Assembly: GCA_000004695.1 (NCBI GenBank)
Contig: CM000151.3
Span: 6,336,001 to 6,400,000, forward strand
Source of the DNA: Dictyostelium discoideum
Taxonomy: Eukaryota
Length of the DNA stretch: 64,000 nucleotides
Reading direction: 5' to 3'
The position numbers and the translations under genes are program-made. The notes under the pieces were generated by a model. The model had not been told where the DNA came from. It saw only the letters and a list, made by a program, of their open reading frames with translations, and made no database searches. Shown piece by piece: positions 44,328 to 56,231 of this stretch; position 1 is the first letter of the stretch, and the number at the start of each line of letters is the position of its first letter.

Positions 44328-44365
44328 ACCGCTTTTAGGTAAAAAAAAAAATCAAGATATTGTTC
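44187..44365 (+). repeat. Reiterated mini-insertion array: four tandem units of [..caccgcttttaggt + (A)11-45 + (a)tcaagatattgtt(t)aca]. One further unit lies at 43419..43478 immediately after the tRNA-Ser terminator.
   Basis: Direct reading. The 15-nt tag ataccgcttttaggt, followed by poly(A) and then the same 14-bp direct repeat atcaagatattgtt, occurs 5 times. The first copy of the direct repeat lies directly after the tRNA-Ser T-run (ttttttt aatcaagatattgtta). Confidence 0.6.
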
Positions 44366-44425
44366 CTTTTTTTTTTTTTTTAATAACATCACTCAATTTG
44401 AGTGTGTTCTAGGAGAGTTTATTTG

Positions 44426-44459
<34 letters not shown>

Positions 44460-44582
44460 CTTTTTTTCTTGTTATTCTTATTTTTTTTTTTTTTATTATT
44501 ATTATATTATTATTATTATTATTATATTATTATTATTATATTATTATTATTATTATATTATTATTATTATTATTATTGTTAT

Positions 44583-44616
<34 letters not shown>

Positions 44617-44621
<5 letters not shown>

Positions 44622-47600
44622 AGTAGTTGGTGTTATATGAGCAGTATGGTATGAAGTGTTCCGGGATTTTTATGGTCATGAGTTTCGAGTTCCAGTTGTG
44701 GCTGAATTTTTCGAGTCTTCTTTTTATTGATGCGGTCCGATTGATTGACTCTCGGTTATCAGTGCATCTTAGTTCTTGACGTAGTTGTTTTTCTACTATC
44801 TTTCTTGTTCTATCCCATTCGGCATCTCTCGCTTTTTTTATTTTATGAATTATTTGGTTCTCTGTTATTATTGTAGTGTTATCGTTGAATTTTATTTGAT
44901 TTCTTCTGTACCATATCGATTCCATAATGGCTCCTATCAGATTTGATGAGAATGGTGTGAGTAGTTTTCCGAGAACTTTTTCGCTCCATGGACCGTGGTA
45001 AGTGTTGTTGGAGTCTTTACAGACCTTTTGATAGATTGAGTCGATATTCTGTTTTATTGATTTGCATTCGAAGAAGATGTGCATAGACGATTCTTCTTCT
45101 TTACATGAGTGGCAATTCTCCCCATGGTGTTTTGGAAGTGCCTTGAGTAGATATCTCCATGCTAAGTCTCTTCCTTTGATAGTTGTGATTGATCTGGCTT
45201 CTCTAAATGGTAGAATTGGGTGATTAATGTTCTTTTGAATCAGTTTTTGACCTGTTGTTGGCTGGTGTTTGTTCCATCCCTTGTATTTGATATCCATCAT
45301 GTTTCTATAGATTACTTTTAATTTTTGTTTGTTTTCGTATTTGGGTTTGACTTGGTTTAGTTTGAGAGTTATTCGCTCTCTTGGGTGGTGCAACAACTTC
45401 CAGGCTTTCCAGCATTTGATGTGAATCCTTGATAGTGAGTTTTCTTTTTCCGACTTCCAGACTTCCATATGTGGAGGGCAGTTCTGGTCGTCTTTTTCTC
45501 TGAGGTATTGTTCGTATATCCATGCTTTCTGGGCATTGGATCTGGTTGCCATATTCCAGAGTTCCAGGCCTCCAATTTCATAGTCTCTTCTGCTCCTTTC
45601 TTTTGAGATAGCCCACCTGTCCCCTTTGAATAACATGTTGGCATTAACGTTCTCCAGTTTCTTTATGTCATTTATTTCGTTGATGTATAGTTGGAATGTT
45701 AGTTGGGACAGCAGGTATGATTTGAGGATTGTGATTCTACCTTTTAGCGTTGATGACACGCTCGAATAGCATTTTGTGAGGTTTTCCAGTTTGTTCACCG
45801 TATCATCTACTTTGCTTATTACACCTTTGCGGTTGAAGAAAAAGCCAAGATATCTTTCTTCTTCTTTCGCCCCAATTGTCTTATATTTGGTCTTTATCTT
45901 TGGGTTTTTAGTGATGCACACACATTTATTATCGTTTATTTTTGCTGCTGTGGCTTGGCAAAATTTTATAACTTTCATATCCATTTTATCTGCGTCATCT
46001 ATGTTACTGGCTAGTGTGACTGTGTCGTCTGCATATTGTCCAATCTTCATCGAATTGTTCTGATTGAGTTTTATGCCTATTATGGTATTGTCTTTTCTTA
46101 TTGATGTTGATAAGCATTCACATACTATAGCGAAGAGAGTTGGTGAAATTGGGTCGCCCTGTTTTGTACCTCTTCCTGCTCTGAAGGATTCAGAGAGTTG
46201 TCCATTTACCATGACCCTTATGTTGGTGTTCGTTAACATGCTTAGTATTGTGTTTGTTATTTTCCGAGGGAACTTTAGATGGTTTAGAGTCCTTATTAAC
46301 GCTTTATGAGATATTGAATCGAAGGCTTTTTCGAAGTCATAAAAGGTGATTATCGTGTTTCTATCACTCTTTTCCATTGCTAAATCCAAAGCTATAATGT
46401 TGTTGTGGAGTAGCCTTCCTGGTATAAAACCGTTCTGGTACTTTGAGATTATGTTTGGCAGGATTTTTAGTATTCTATTGTTGATTATTTTTGAGTAGAT
46501 TTTGTAGTCTACGTTGAGTAACGTTATTGGTCTTCTGTTTGAGATTTCCAAGACATCCCCTTTACCTTTGTATATTGATGTAAGGATACCGTTCTTGAAT
46601 TCTGTTGGAATTTCATTGTTTAAAAAGAAGTTGAATAGTTCTGTGAGGATTGGAATTAGTTTGTGTTGGTGGATTTTATAGAATGAAGATGTTATTCCAT
46701 CTTCTCCTGGTGATTTACCTTCTGCTATCTTTTCTATTGCTAGCTTAACCTCATATTCTTCGATTCTGTCTTCCATCTCTGTTAATTTTTTTTTATCTAT
46801 TGGTGGGTTCCAGGTGCTTAGAAGTTCTGTATGTGTTTCTTGGTCGCATTCTTTCTCTTTGAAGAGTGTCTCGTAATATTTTCTGAAGCAATCTGTTATT
46901 TCTTTTTGTTCTGTTTCGATTTCTCCATTGGATGGGTTCTTTATTCTGTGAATCTGGGAGCTCGAGTCTCTTTTTTTAAGAATAGATGTAAGGAGATTTG
47001 ATGCTATTTCTTTATTGTTGATGTAGTTGATTGAGCTTTTGATCATTCTGTCTATTCTTTCTTCTTCTTGAAGTATTGTTATTTCGTTCGATATTGTTTC
47101 TTTTTCATATTTGTTTTTTGTTTTTGTGTGTTCATTTGCTAGATTTGATAGCGTTTTTTTTCTCTCTAGTATTCTTTTCTTTTCTGTTGTAATGCATTGT
47201 TTTTTTATTTTTTTTTTGAACTTAATCCAGTATTCCGTTATGTTAAGGTTTTTTCTTTTGGTTTCCTGGTAGTGGTCGATTATTTTTTCTATCTTTTTTA
47301 TTGTTTTATCTTCTTTAATTATTATTGAGTTCATTTTCCATAGGGGTGATTTGTATATTTTTGTGAAATTTGGTATTTTGAAATCCATCACTACTATGTT
47401 ATGGTCTGATTTGTTTATTTTATCTATTATCTTGTACGAGTGATTGAGTTGGTGCATCTTTGTTGATAAGAATGTTCTATCGATTAGTTTATCTTTGAAG
47501 GTTGTTTTAGTTGTTGAATTTGGTAGTATTTCGGTGAGTCCTACTTCCATCATTAGGAATTCTATTGTTTCATTTTCTGTGAATTTTCTCTTATCGGATG

Positions 47601-48048
47601 ATCCATCTTTGAACTTGATTTTTGCATATTTGTTGATGTTAAAGTCACCAGTAACTATGTCTGCCTGTTCTAGATCTTCAAGGGAAATATTGTTTGAAAA
47701 CCATCCTTTTCTTCTGTCATATGAGGCTGGTGCATAGATGCAAATTATGTTGATTTCCATATTGTTTAGAATTGCAGTAAATTTTAAGATTCTGCCTTCT
47801 TTTTCTTCCAAGTTTTTAATTTCTATTTGTTCTAGGTGATTTATTGCCATTACTCCTTTTCCTCTTGCTTCTTTTCCTTTTCCTCCTGTTGAGTAATGGT
47901 TTTTGATTTGCGCTAGATTTTGATCCTTTTTTAGATTTGTTTCTGTTAGTATTGATATATCAGGTTTTATTAGGTTAATTGTATTTTTTGTCTGATTCAT
48001 GCTTTTGATTGTTGAGCAACCTTGGCAATTCCAGGTCATTATTTTTAT

Positions 48049-48051
<3 letters not shown>
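44617..48051 (-). CDS. TRE5-A ORF2: APE endonuclease, reverse transcriptase and C-terminal Cys-His motif. The ATG is at 48051..48049; the track ORF extends to 48165 through a poly-K reading of the A-tract.
   Basis: The N-terminus MIKIMTWNCQGCSTIKS.. is an endonuclease domain. The RT motifs ..ITFYDFEKAFDSISH.. and ..QYADDTVTLA.. (YxDD) are present. The C-terminus has the CCHC-like motif HSCKEEESSMHIFFECK. Total 1182 aa as listed in the track. Confidence 0.75.
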
Positions 48052-48098
<47 letters not shown>

Positions 48099-48125
48099 TT
48101 TTTTTTTTTTTTTTTTTTTTTTTTT

Positions 48126-48157
<32 letters not shown>

Positions 48158-48163
<6 letters not shown>

Positions 48164-49522
48164 AAATGAGACAGATGGAAGTATGTCTTGGAGTACTTTG
48201 GGCAATTTGTCTCTTAGTGCTGCTTCCATTAGATCTGATTCTTCCTTTGTTATTTTAGTTGGAGTTTTGTAAGGTGTTGATATTTCTTGGTGATTAGTTG
48301 TTGGGTTTGGAGATGAGTTGGATCTTTTTCTTTTTACTGTCTCTGGGGTTGCTGGAGATTCTGGATTTTGGATAGGTGACATTGTTTGTCTTTTTTTGAT
48401 TGAGGCTAACCTTGGGGTTTCCTTCTTTTTTTGGTTATTTATTTTTTCTTCAAAAATTCTGTTCTCTTCTTCATTTTCGAACATCTTTCTTACCACTTCT
48501 AATGCTTCTTCATCTTCAGTTAACTCCATTTTCCTTTTCTCTTTGCTGTCAACACTATATGTTACTGTTATTGGTGGGACACGAAGTACTTTTCTCTTTT
48601 CAATATTGTTTATTGTGTTTGTCGTTTCTGTCGTTGTGGTTGTTGTAGTTGCTCTAATTGTTGTGGGTTTTTTATTTTCAATTTCGTTTTCCTTTACTTT
48701 TTCGTTTTTGCTCTTGTCTTTGATGTTGTCATTATTGATTTCTTTATTATTTTCTTTTCTGTTTTCTATTTTGTTTTTGTTGTTATTTTTTGATTCGCTA
48801 GTGTTTTTATGATTGGATTCTTCTTTTGATTTTATGTTTATTCTTGTGTTTTCCTTTATCTCGGGATTTGGTAGTTCCGTGATTTTTGAATTTTCTGAGA
48901 TTTCGTCTTCGATTTCCTTATTTGTTTTTCTTTGATTTTTTGTTTCTTCTGTTGTAGTGAGGAATAGTATTGTTATGTGTTTACAATGTATTAGCTGGTC
49001 TTTGTGCTCTGGACTGATAATTGAGTTGAATGAGTGTATTATCAGGTTTTCACCTAAATTATCTAATTTGATTATTTCCAGTCCTTCTTCATGCAATGTT
49101 TTTTCTACTATGTCCATTGATTTTTCCCAGTTGAATGTTTTGAAGATCTTTTTTGGTTTTATTATTGCTCTGTGAACTCCTTTTAGTACTCCGTTGAAAA
49201 CGTTAGAGTACTTGATTACTTGAGTTCTGCAGTCAGTTAGGATTTTGAATTTATTCTTACTTATTATTATCTTATCATCTCCTTGTAAATGAATTTCCAA
49301 TTCTGCTTTTAAGTTGTTGGAAATCTCATCTGGGATATTGATCATGAATTTATATTGTTTTAGTTCAATTTGAGTGTGGTATATTGCTTCGCTTATTTTA
49401 TCAAGTGTTCTGTACGTATTTTTTAAATATTTGAACTTTGTTCTGAGTTCATTTGATTTCTTGATTTTATCTGCCAATGTTTCTGTTGATTCTGTCATTA
49501 TTGTATTTGCCAATTTATTCAT
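48158..49522 (-). CDS. TRE5-A ORF1 (454 aa)
   Basis: A complete ORF. It overlaps the track ORF2 start by 8 nt and is followed by a T-rich stretch (A-rich on the element strand) of about 105 nt at 48052..48157. Confidence 0.7.
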
Positions 49523-49599
49523 TTCTTTTTTTTCTTTAAAATCTTTATTCGACTTTAAAAATTTAAAATTCTGGAAATTCCCTGAAAGAATGTTTTCGG

Positions 49600-49670
<71 letters not shown>

Positions 49671-49674
<4 letters not shown>

Positions 49675-50928
49675 TCTTTTTTTTATATGAAAAATGAAAT
49701 AATCAAATAAAAAAAGTGTTGTTGTTGATGTTTTTTCTCTTACTGATTATTTTTTCCTTTTTTTTTCAATTTTGCTTCGCAAAATTTTCAAAAAAAAGAA
49801 AAAAATAAATTACAATAAAATAAAGAAATAAAGTAGTTTATTCTAAGTGTATTTTATTTTATTTTTTTTAAGTCTTTTTTTTATATGAAAAATGAAATAA
49901 TCAAATAAAAAAAGTGTTGTTGTTGATGTTTTTTCTCTTACTGATTATTTTTTCCTTTTTTTTTCAATTTTGCTTCGCAAAATTTTCAAAAAAAAGAAAA
50001 AAATAAATTACAATAAAATAAAGAAATAAAGTAGTTTATTCTAAGTGTATTTTATTTTATTTTTTTTAAGTCTTTTTTTTATATGAAAAATGAAATAATC
50101 AAATAAAAAAAGTGTTGTTGTTGATGTTTTTTCTCTTACTGATTATTTTTTCCTTTTTTTTTCAATTTTGCTTCGCAAAATTTTCAAAAAAAAGAAAAAA
50201 ATAAATTACAATAAAATAAAGAAATAAAGTAGTTTATTCTAAGTGTATTTTATTTTATTTTTTTTAAGTCTTTTTTTTATATGAAAAATGAAATAATCAA
50301 ATAAAAAAAGTGTTGTTGTTGATGTTTTTTCTCTTACTGATTATTTTTTCCTTTTTTTTTCAATTTTGCTTCGCAAAATTTTCAAAAAAAAGAAAAAAAT
50401 AAATTACAATAAAATAAAGAAATAAAGTAGTTTATTCTAAGTGTATTTTATTTTATTTTTTTTAAGTCTTTTTTTTATATGAAAAATGAAATAATCAAAT
50501 AAAAAAAGTGTTGTTGTTGATGTTTTTTCTCTTACTGATTATTTTTTCCTTTTTTTTTCAATTTTGCTTCGCAAAATTTTCAAAAAAAAGAAAAAAATAA
50601 ATTACAATAAAATAAAGAAATAAAGTAGTTTATTCTAAGTGTATTTTATTTTATTTTTTTTAAGTCTTTTTTTTATATGAAAAATGAAATAATCAAATAA
50701 AAAAAGTGTTGTTGTTGATGTTTTTTCTCTTACTGATTATTTTTTCCTTTTTTTTTCAATTTTGCTTCGCAAAATTTTCAAAAAAAAGAAAAAAATAAAT
50801 TACAATAAAATAAAGAAATAAAGTAGTTTATTCTAAGTGTATTTTATTTTATTTTTTTTAAGTCTTTTTTTTATATGAAAAATGAAATAATCAAATAAAA
50901 AAAGTGTTGTTGTTGATGTTTTTCCTCT
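49671..50928 (-). repeat. TRE5-A A-module tandem array: 6 complete 198-bp units plus one 70-bp partial unit (about 6.35 copies)
   Basis: The unit start taagtctttttttt recurs at 49671, 49869, 50067, 50265, 50463, 50661 and 50859. Units are nearly identical. The last unit diverges after gatgtttttcctctt at about 50928. Confidence 0.85.
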
Positions 50929-50976
50929 TCTATTGTTCCTTAATAAATTTGTAATATGAGTTATTTTTTCATCAAA

Positions 50977-51050
50977 GGGACTATAGTTTAGTTGGATATA
51001 ACGACCGGCTACGAACCGGTAGGTCTCAGGTTCGACCCCTGATGGTCTCG
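50977..51050 (+). tRNA. tRNA-Arg (anticodon ACG)
   Basis: The sequence is GGGACTATAGTTTAGTTGGATATAACGACCGGCTACGAACCGGTAGGTCTCAGGTTCGACCCCTGATGGTCTCG. The acceptor stem GGGACTA/TGGTCTC has 2 G-U pairs. The anticodon stem is ACCGG/CCGGT with loop CTACGAA. The T-arm is TCAGG-TTCGACC-CCTGA. Confidence 0.7.
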
Positions 51051-51082
51051 TATATTTTTAATCGCCTTGTAATTGAGACATT

Positions 51083-51093
51083 GGTTCGATTCT
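51083..51093 (+). promoter_or_regulatory. Putative external B-box (GGTTCGATTCT) about 33 bp downstream of tRNA-Arg
   Basis: It matches the pol III B-box consensus GGTTCGAATCC in 10 of 11 positions. Dictyostelium tRNA genes frequently carry an extra downstream B-box. Confidence 0.4.
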
Positions 51094-51803
51094 GGTCAGC
51101 CCTAATCAATTTGAGGTTTGTGCAACGATAAAATAATCCAATTAATTTTCGAATAAAAGACCCCATACGATTTCCTGAAACAAATAATTAAATTAACTTT
51201 CAAATTTTATAGTATCCAAGAAACAATTCCCAAATCTAATCTCATTCGACCGATTACAATTTTTTTATCTGATTTATTAATATAATTTATTTAAATTTTA
51301 AAAACTAATATTTTAAAAAAAAAATGATAATTATAATAATAATAATAACTATATTTTACTACACTATATTTTAAAATTAAAATTCTTTTTTTGATAAATT
51401 AAAAAAGAATAACTATTTTACATTCCTGTATCGTTGCTTAGACAATAATCTTAGGATATATAATGAAGCAATGCCTTCTGCATGTAAACTTTTAAACAAT
51501 AATTAAAATAATAAAATATCTATTTTTCCAATTTAACATTTTTATTATAAAAAAAAACCTGTATCTTAGTTTTGAGAAATTAAAAATAATAATAATAATT
51601 ATAATAATAATAATAAAATGAATTTTCCTATATTTTAAATAAATAATAAAAAGTAATAAACAATTGTCTTTGTTTATTTTTTATTTTGTTTTAAAAAAAG
51701 TTTTATATTTTAAAAATTATTATATTCACTTTTTTTTTATTTTTTTTTTTTTTTATTTATTTATTTACTGTTATTACTTTTTTTTTTGTTTTTTTTAAAA
51801 AAT

Positions 51804-53569
51804 TTATAATTGATCATCATTATCTTGTGAAGATGGAGATAATCTAATTTCATCGTAAGGTGCAGCAGTTTTAGTTCTCATTCCTCTTGATTTTGCATGA
51901 GTTCTCCAAAGGAGGAAACCAACGACACCTAAAAGTATGGCAGTGATTGGAATGAAAATGGCGACAGCAATTTTAGCATCAGTATTTGGATCTTTATCAT
52001 TATCAGATTCAATACCACAACCACCTGGACAACCACAATCACCTGGCGAAGTTACACAAGAGGAAGTACAATAATCAGTTGAAGAACTTGAATTGGTAGC
52101 ACTATTATCCTCGAATAAATTTCTCGTATTGAAACGAGCGGTTGCATTACTACAATAGATTGCACCACCATTCTCTGAAGCTGAATTCATTGTAAAGTTT
52201 GCATCTCTAATGAAAAGTTGAGATTTAAAGTATGGCTCTGTATCCAATGCAAAAATACCACCACCTCTTGCTGCTTTATTTGATTGATAATTTGATTGTT
52301 GCATAAATATTCTAGAATCTAATAAATATGATCCACCACCATTCTCTGTTGCTTCATTTGAAATAAATGTTGCATTATAATATTGATTTGCCGAATTATT
52401 ATCAAATAATCCACTACCATTAATTGCTCTATAAAAAAAAATAAAAAAATAAATTATTAATTAAATATTAAATTTTTTATATTTTTTTGTATTATGCTTT
52501 TTTTTTTTTTTTTTTGTTCAAAACTTACTTATTTGAATCAAATAATAAATGATCCCAAGATACGGAAGTTATATCAGCAACGGCTAAAGTATATAAACCT
52601 CCACCAGATTTTAAAGCAGTATTTGAGATGAATTTATTGGAGGTCATTGTTAAATATTGATAAGCACAATAGACACCACCACCATTTATTGCATTATTAT
52701 TTTTAAAGATTGAATTTGTAATTTGAAGTTTAGCAGTACCAGATGGTAAATAAATAGCGCCACCATTACCAGCGGAAGCTTTATTATTTTCAAAGATACA
52801 ATTTTCAATATGAGCTGATGATTGTGAATTATAGAATAATGCACCACTTGTACCACCAACATTATCTTTGAATAAACAATTCTCGAATGATACTATGGTT
52901 GAACTAGTGGTGATAACAGATGCTTGACGGAAATCATCAGTTGAGAAACCACCATTTTTAAATTGTAAACCTCTTATTATGATTGGTGTTAATGCTGATT
53001 GGAAATAAATGATATATTCATTTGGTGAACTTCCAACAAATGTTGCATATCTATCAGTTGATGCCATTGGTAACAATGGTGAACTTTGATTGTATGTATA
53101 GCTGGCTTGTTCATCAATTGCTTGTATTAATATTGGGAATCTATAGAAAATATCACTAATTGTAATATATGTATTACTACCTGATCCTTTATATACTTTT
53201 TCATTATCATCTTTATCACTTGCTACAATATATATAACTCTTGTTATTGTTATATTCTTTGTATCGCATTCATTATTTATCATTGAAATTTTATCAATTG
53301 CTGATTTTAAATTTGAAAATGGGCTAAATAAAATTAATTTTAAAAAAAAATAAAAAAAAAAAAACTTAATATTTGTTTATGTCTTTATATTTTTTTTTTT
53401 TTTAAAAAAAAAATTTTGATTAATCTTACTTTGAAAAATTACCATTCTGAACCGTTGAATCTGCATCATATTTAACCCACCAAATACAAGTACTATTATA
53501 TGTTTGTGTTGATGCAACTTCTATTAATATATAAATACTAAATATTATAAACAAAATGAATTTTAATTT

Positions 53570-53572
<3 letters not shown>
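51804..53572 (-). CDS. Type-I membrane protein with Pmp-type (GGAIY) parallel beta-helix repeats; 3 exons (53572..53430, 53323..52529, 52428..51804), 520 aa
   Basis: Exon 1 encodes the signal peptide MKLKFILFIIFSIYILIEVAS. It ends at a GTAAGA donor. Exons 2 and 3 carry repeated beta-helix motifs: NGGGVYCAY, GNGGAIYLPSG, GGTSGALFYNS, KSGGGLYTL, ENGGAIYCSN, ENGGGSYLLDS and ARGGGIFALD. A TM segment, IAVAIFIPITAILLGVVGFLLW, and a short cytoplasmic tail follow. Splice phases (2/2) were verified. Exon lengths sum to 1563 nt, which is 521 codons. Confidence 0.55.
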
Positions 53573-53622
<50 letters not shown>

Positions 53623-54837
53623 TATAATATTTAAATGCGTGTATTTATTATAATTAAAAAAAAAAAAAAAAATTTATTGATAAATAGCTGCGAAAAAATA
53701 TTTTAATGTTAAAATAGAAGATATTTTAATAATTAACACTATTATTTTATTATTTTATTATTTTATTTTTGAATGCCAAAAAAAAATAAAAAAATTGAAT
53801 TAGTAAAAAAAAAAATTATAAAAAAAAAAAATTAATAAATTAAAAATAAATATTTATTCTTAATGTGTATAAAAATAAAGTGAATGGTGGTGAGTTTTTT
53901 TGTTAACGATGGGTTATGTGTGGGGAAAAAAAAAATTGAAAAAAATAAAAAAAATTTAAAAATAAATAAAAAAAAAAAAATAAAAAAAAAAAGTTTTTTT
54001 GGTTGTTTAAAAAAAAAAAAAAAGTTATCGAGATTATAAATAGATATTTTATAAACAGTTGGTTTATACCTTTTTATTTATCATATATTTGAACTTCTTA
54101 TTTTAAAAAGAAAAAAAAAAAATAATAAAAGATTTAAATAATAATAAAATAAAAAAAAAAAATTTTAAAAAAAAAAAAAAAATAAAAAAAAAAAATAGGA
54201 AAAAAAATTTAAAAATAAAAAAAAAAAAAATGGTTTTAAAACCAGGTTTTAATCACTTTTTTTTTTATAATTATTTTAAGCAAAAAATCACTTTTTTTCT
54301 TTTTTTCTTTTTTTTTCTTTTTGTAAAAGGAAAAACCATAAAAAAAAAAAAAAAAAAAAAAAATATTAAAAGAAAAAGTGATTTTTTTTTTTTTTGATTA
54401 CTAAAAAAGAAAGAAAAAACATTTTTGGGAATAACAAACAAAAACATAAACCCATTCTAAATAATCAAAAATAAAAAGAAATTATACATTACATACCAAT
54501 CATTAATTTTTGTCTGAATCACAAAATAAAAAAATAAAAAAAAAAAAAAAAAAAACAATAAAAGATTTAAATAATAGAATTTTTAAATAAATCTTAGTTA
54601 TTATAAAATAAAGTAATGATTAATCATTTTGTATTTAAACAAAAAACAAATTAAAAAATGAAATGTTTTTTTATTTTTTTTTTTTTTTTATTTTTATTTT
54701 TTATTTTTTTTTATTTTTTTTTTTTTTGTCAAAAAACGAAATATTAATCGTTTTTTTTTTTTTTTTTATTTTTTTTTTATTTTTATTTTTACTTTTTTAA
54801 CTAATATTTCTTACATTCCATTTCTTTTCAAACTAAA

Positions 54838-55480
54838 ATGGAACATTCAAAAATTCAAGAATATAAAGAGAGTGGATTCGTTTTTGATTCATCAAAATCA
54901 TTTAGTATTGATGAAATTGATGGTAAAGAATTATGGTTAATTAAAATTCCAAGAGATGTAAGTCAATATTTTTTTTTTTTCATATTTTACATTCAGATAA
55001 ACACACACACACACACATATCCTTTATTTAAATTATCTTCTTCAAATTGGGAGTATTGTTATTATAATTTTTTAACTTTTTTTTTTATTTCTTTTTTATT
55101 TATTTTTAGTTACCATATGAATCATTACCAAATAAAATACAAGTATCAGATTTAAATAAAGTTAATGTTAAATCAATTGATATTAATAAAAAGAAATTTA
55201 CAATTCATCAAGATGATACTGAACAAATTCAAGGATTATTTAATGTTTGGTCAAAGAATTCAAATAATGGTAAAATGGGATTAGGTAAACCATTCACTAA
55301 ATTCATTCAAATTGATGAATCAGTAAATTTACCAAAAGAACAAGTTGAACCAAAACCACTTCCAAAACCAAAACAACAACATGATCTCTTAAAAGGACGT
55401 TATGATCCACCAGGTTCTTCTGGTTGTATGTAATCAATAATTATTTATTATTTATTATTTATTATTTAATCATAATCATA

Positions 55481-55555
<75 letters not shown>

Positions 55556-56148
55556 GTATTTTTATTAATAAATGTTTATGTATATATGTATATTATTATC
55601 ATACTACAATTACTACAGTTTTAGAGAAATTAGGAAAAGAAAGTAAAAATAAAAATATAAAAATTAATAAACCAACTAAACCAACAACAACAACAAAAAC
55701 AACAACTACAACAACAACAACATCAAAAACAGCAGAAAAAGAAAATAAAAAAGAAAATAAAAAAGAAAAAGAAAATAAAAAAGAAGTTAAAAAACAAGAA
55801 TCTGAATCTGAATCAGAGTCAGAAGATAAAAAGAAATCATCTAAAAATGATAAGAAATCATCTAAAAAAGATAAGAAATCATCTAAAAAACAAGAATCAT
55901 CATCAGAAGAGGAATCATCAGATGAATCATCATCAGAAGAAGAGAAAAAGACTAAGAAATCAAAGAAATCTTCATCATCTAAAAAAGAAGAAACTAAAAA
56001 AGAAGAATCCAAAAAATCAAAGAAATCATCATCTAAAAAAGAAAAATCAGATTCAGAATCTGAACCAGAGAAAAAGAAAAAAGAAAAAAGAAAGAAAGAT
56101 GATTCATCTGAAAATAATGAACAATCTAAAAAGAAACATAAAAAATAA
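54838..56148 (+). CDS. RNA polymerase I subunit RPA34-like (A34.5/PAF49 family); 3 exons (54838..54957, 55110..55425, 55619..56148)
   Basis: Exon 1 ends ..GKELWLIKIPRD at a GTAAGT donor. This matches the conserved WLIK(F/I)P motif of yeast A34.5. Intron 1 contains (CA)n. Exon 2 ends at a GTATGT donor at 55426. Intron 2 carries an (ATT)n tract. Exon 3 is a K/S/E-rich tail, (KKSSK)n..SSEEE..KKHKK*, typical of A34. The track ORFs 55847..56152 (+, other frame) and 55599..56156 (-, antisense) are alternative-frame artefacts of this low-complexity exon. Confidence 0.5.
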
Positions 56149-56231
56149 ATAATCATTCCACATTCAACATTGTTAATAATATAAACAACAACTCTTTTTT
56201 TTTTATTTTTTTATTTTTTATTTTTATTTTT

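Larger units (their letters stand above)
44455..50928 (-). mobile_element. Full-length TRE5-A (DRE-type) tRNA-gene-targeted non-LTR retrotransposon
   Basis: On the minus strand, 5' to 3': the A-module array (50928..49671), an internal oligo(A) (49670..49600), a B-module leader, ORF1 (49522..48158), an A-rich linker, ORF2 (48051..44617; APE endonuclease + reverse transcriptase + CCHC-like motif), the C-module and oligo(A) seen as poly(T) at 44585..44618, and a (TAA/TAT)n tail at 44461..44584. The 5' end at about 50928 lies 48 bp upstream of the tRNA-Arg start (50977), the canonical TRE5-A spacing. Confidence 0.8.

Noticed and set aside
45305-46309. ORFs 45305..45523 (-, other frame), 45369..45644 (-), 45776..46063 (+) and 46064..46309 (+) within TRE5-A
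   Set aside because: They are embedded in, or antisense to, the continuous 1182-aa ORF2. The duplicate 72-aa ORF at 43003..43221 is the same frame artefact in the truncated copy.
48318-49175. Plus-strand ORFs 48318..48812, 48400..48648 and 48957..49175
   Set aside because: They are antisense to TRE5-A ORF1.
49671-50928. Could the regular 198-bp array be a CRISPR or satellite locus?
   Set aside because: This is a eukaryotic genome. The units are contiguous with no spacers. The array is homologous to the A-module also present in one copy at 28638..28905, so it is a retroelement 5' module array.
55599-56156. Minus-strand Ser/Asp-rich ORF of 185 aa and plus-strand ORF 55847..56152
   Set aside because: They are alternative frames of the K/S/E-rich third exon of the RPA34-like gene. 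Only the frame that splices from exons 1-2 and ends KKHKK* is supported.
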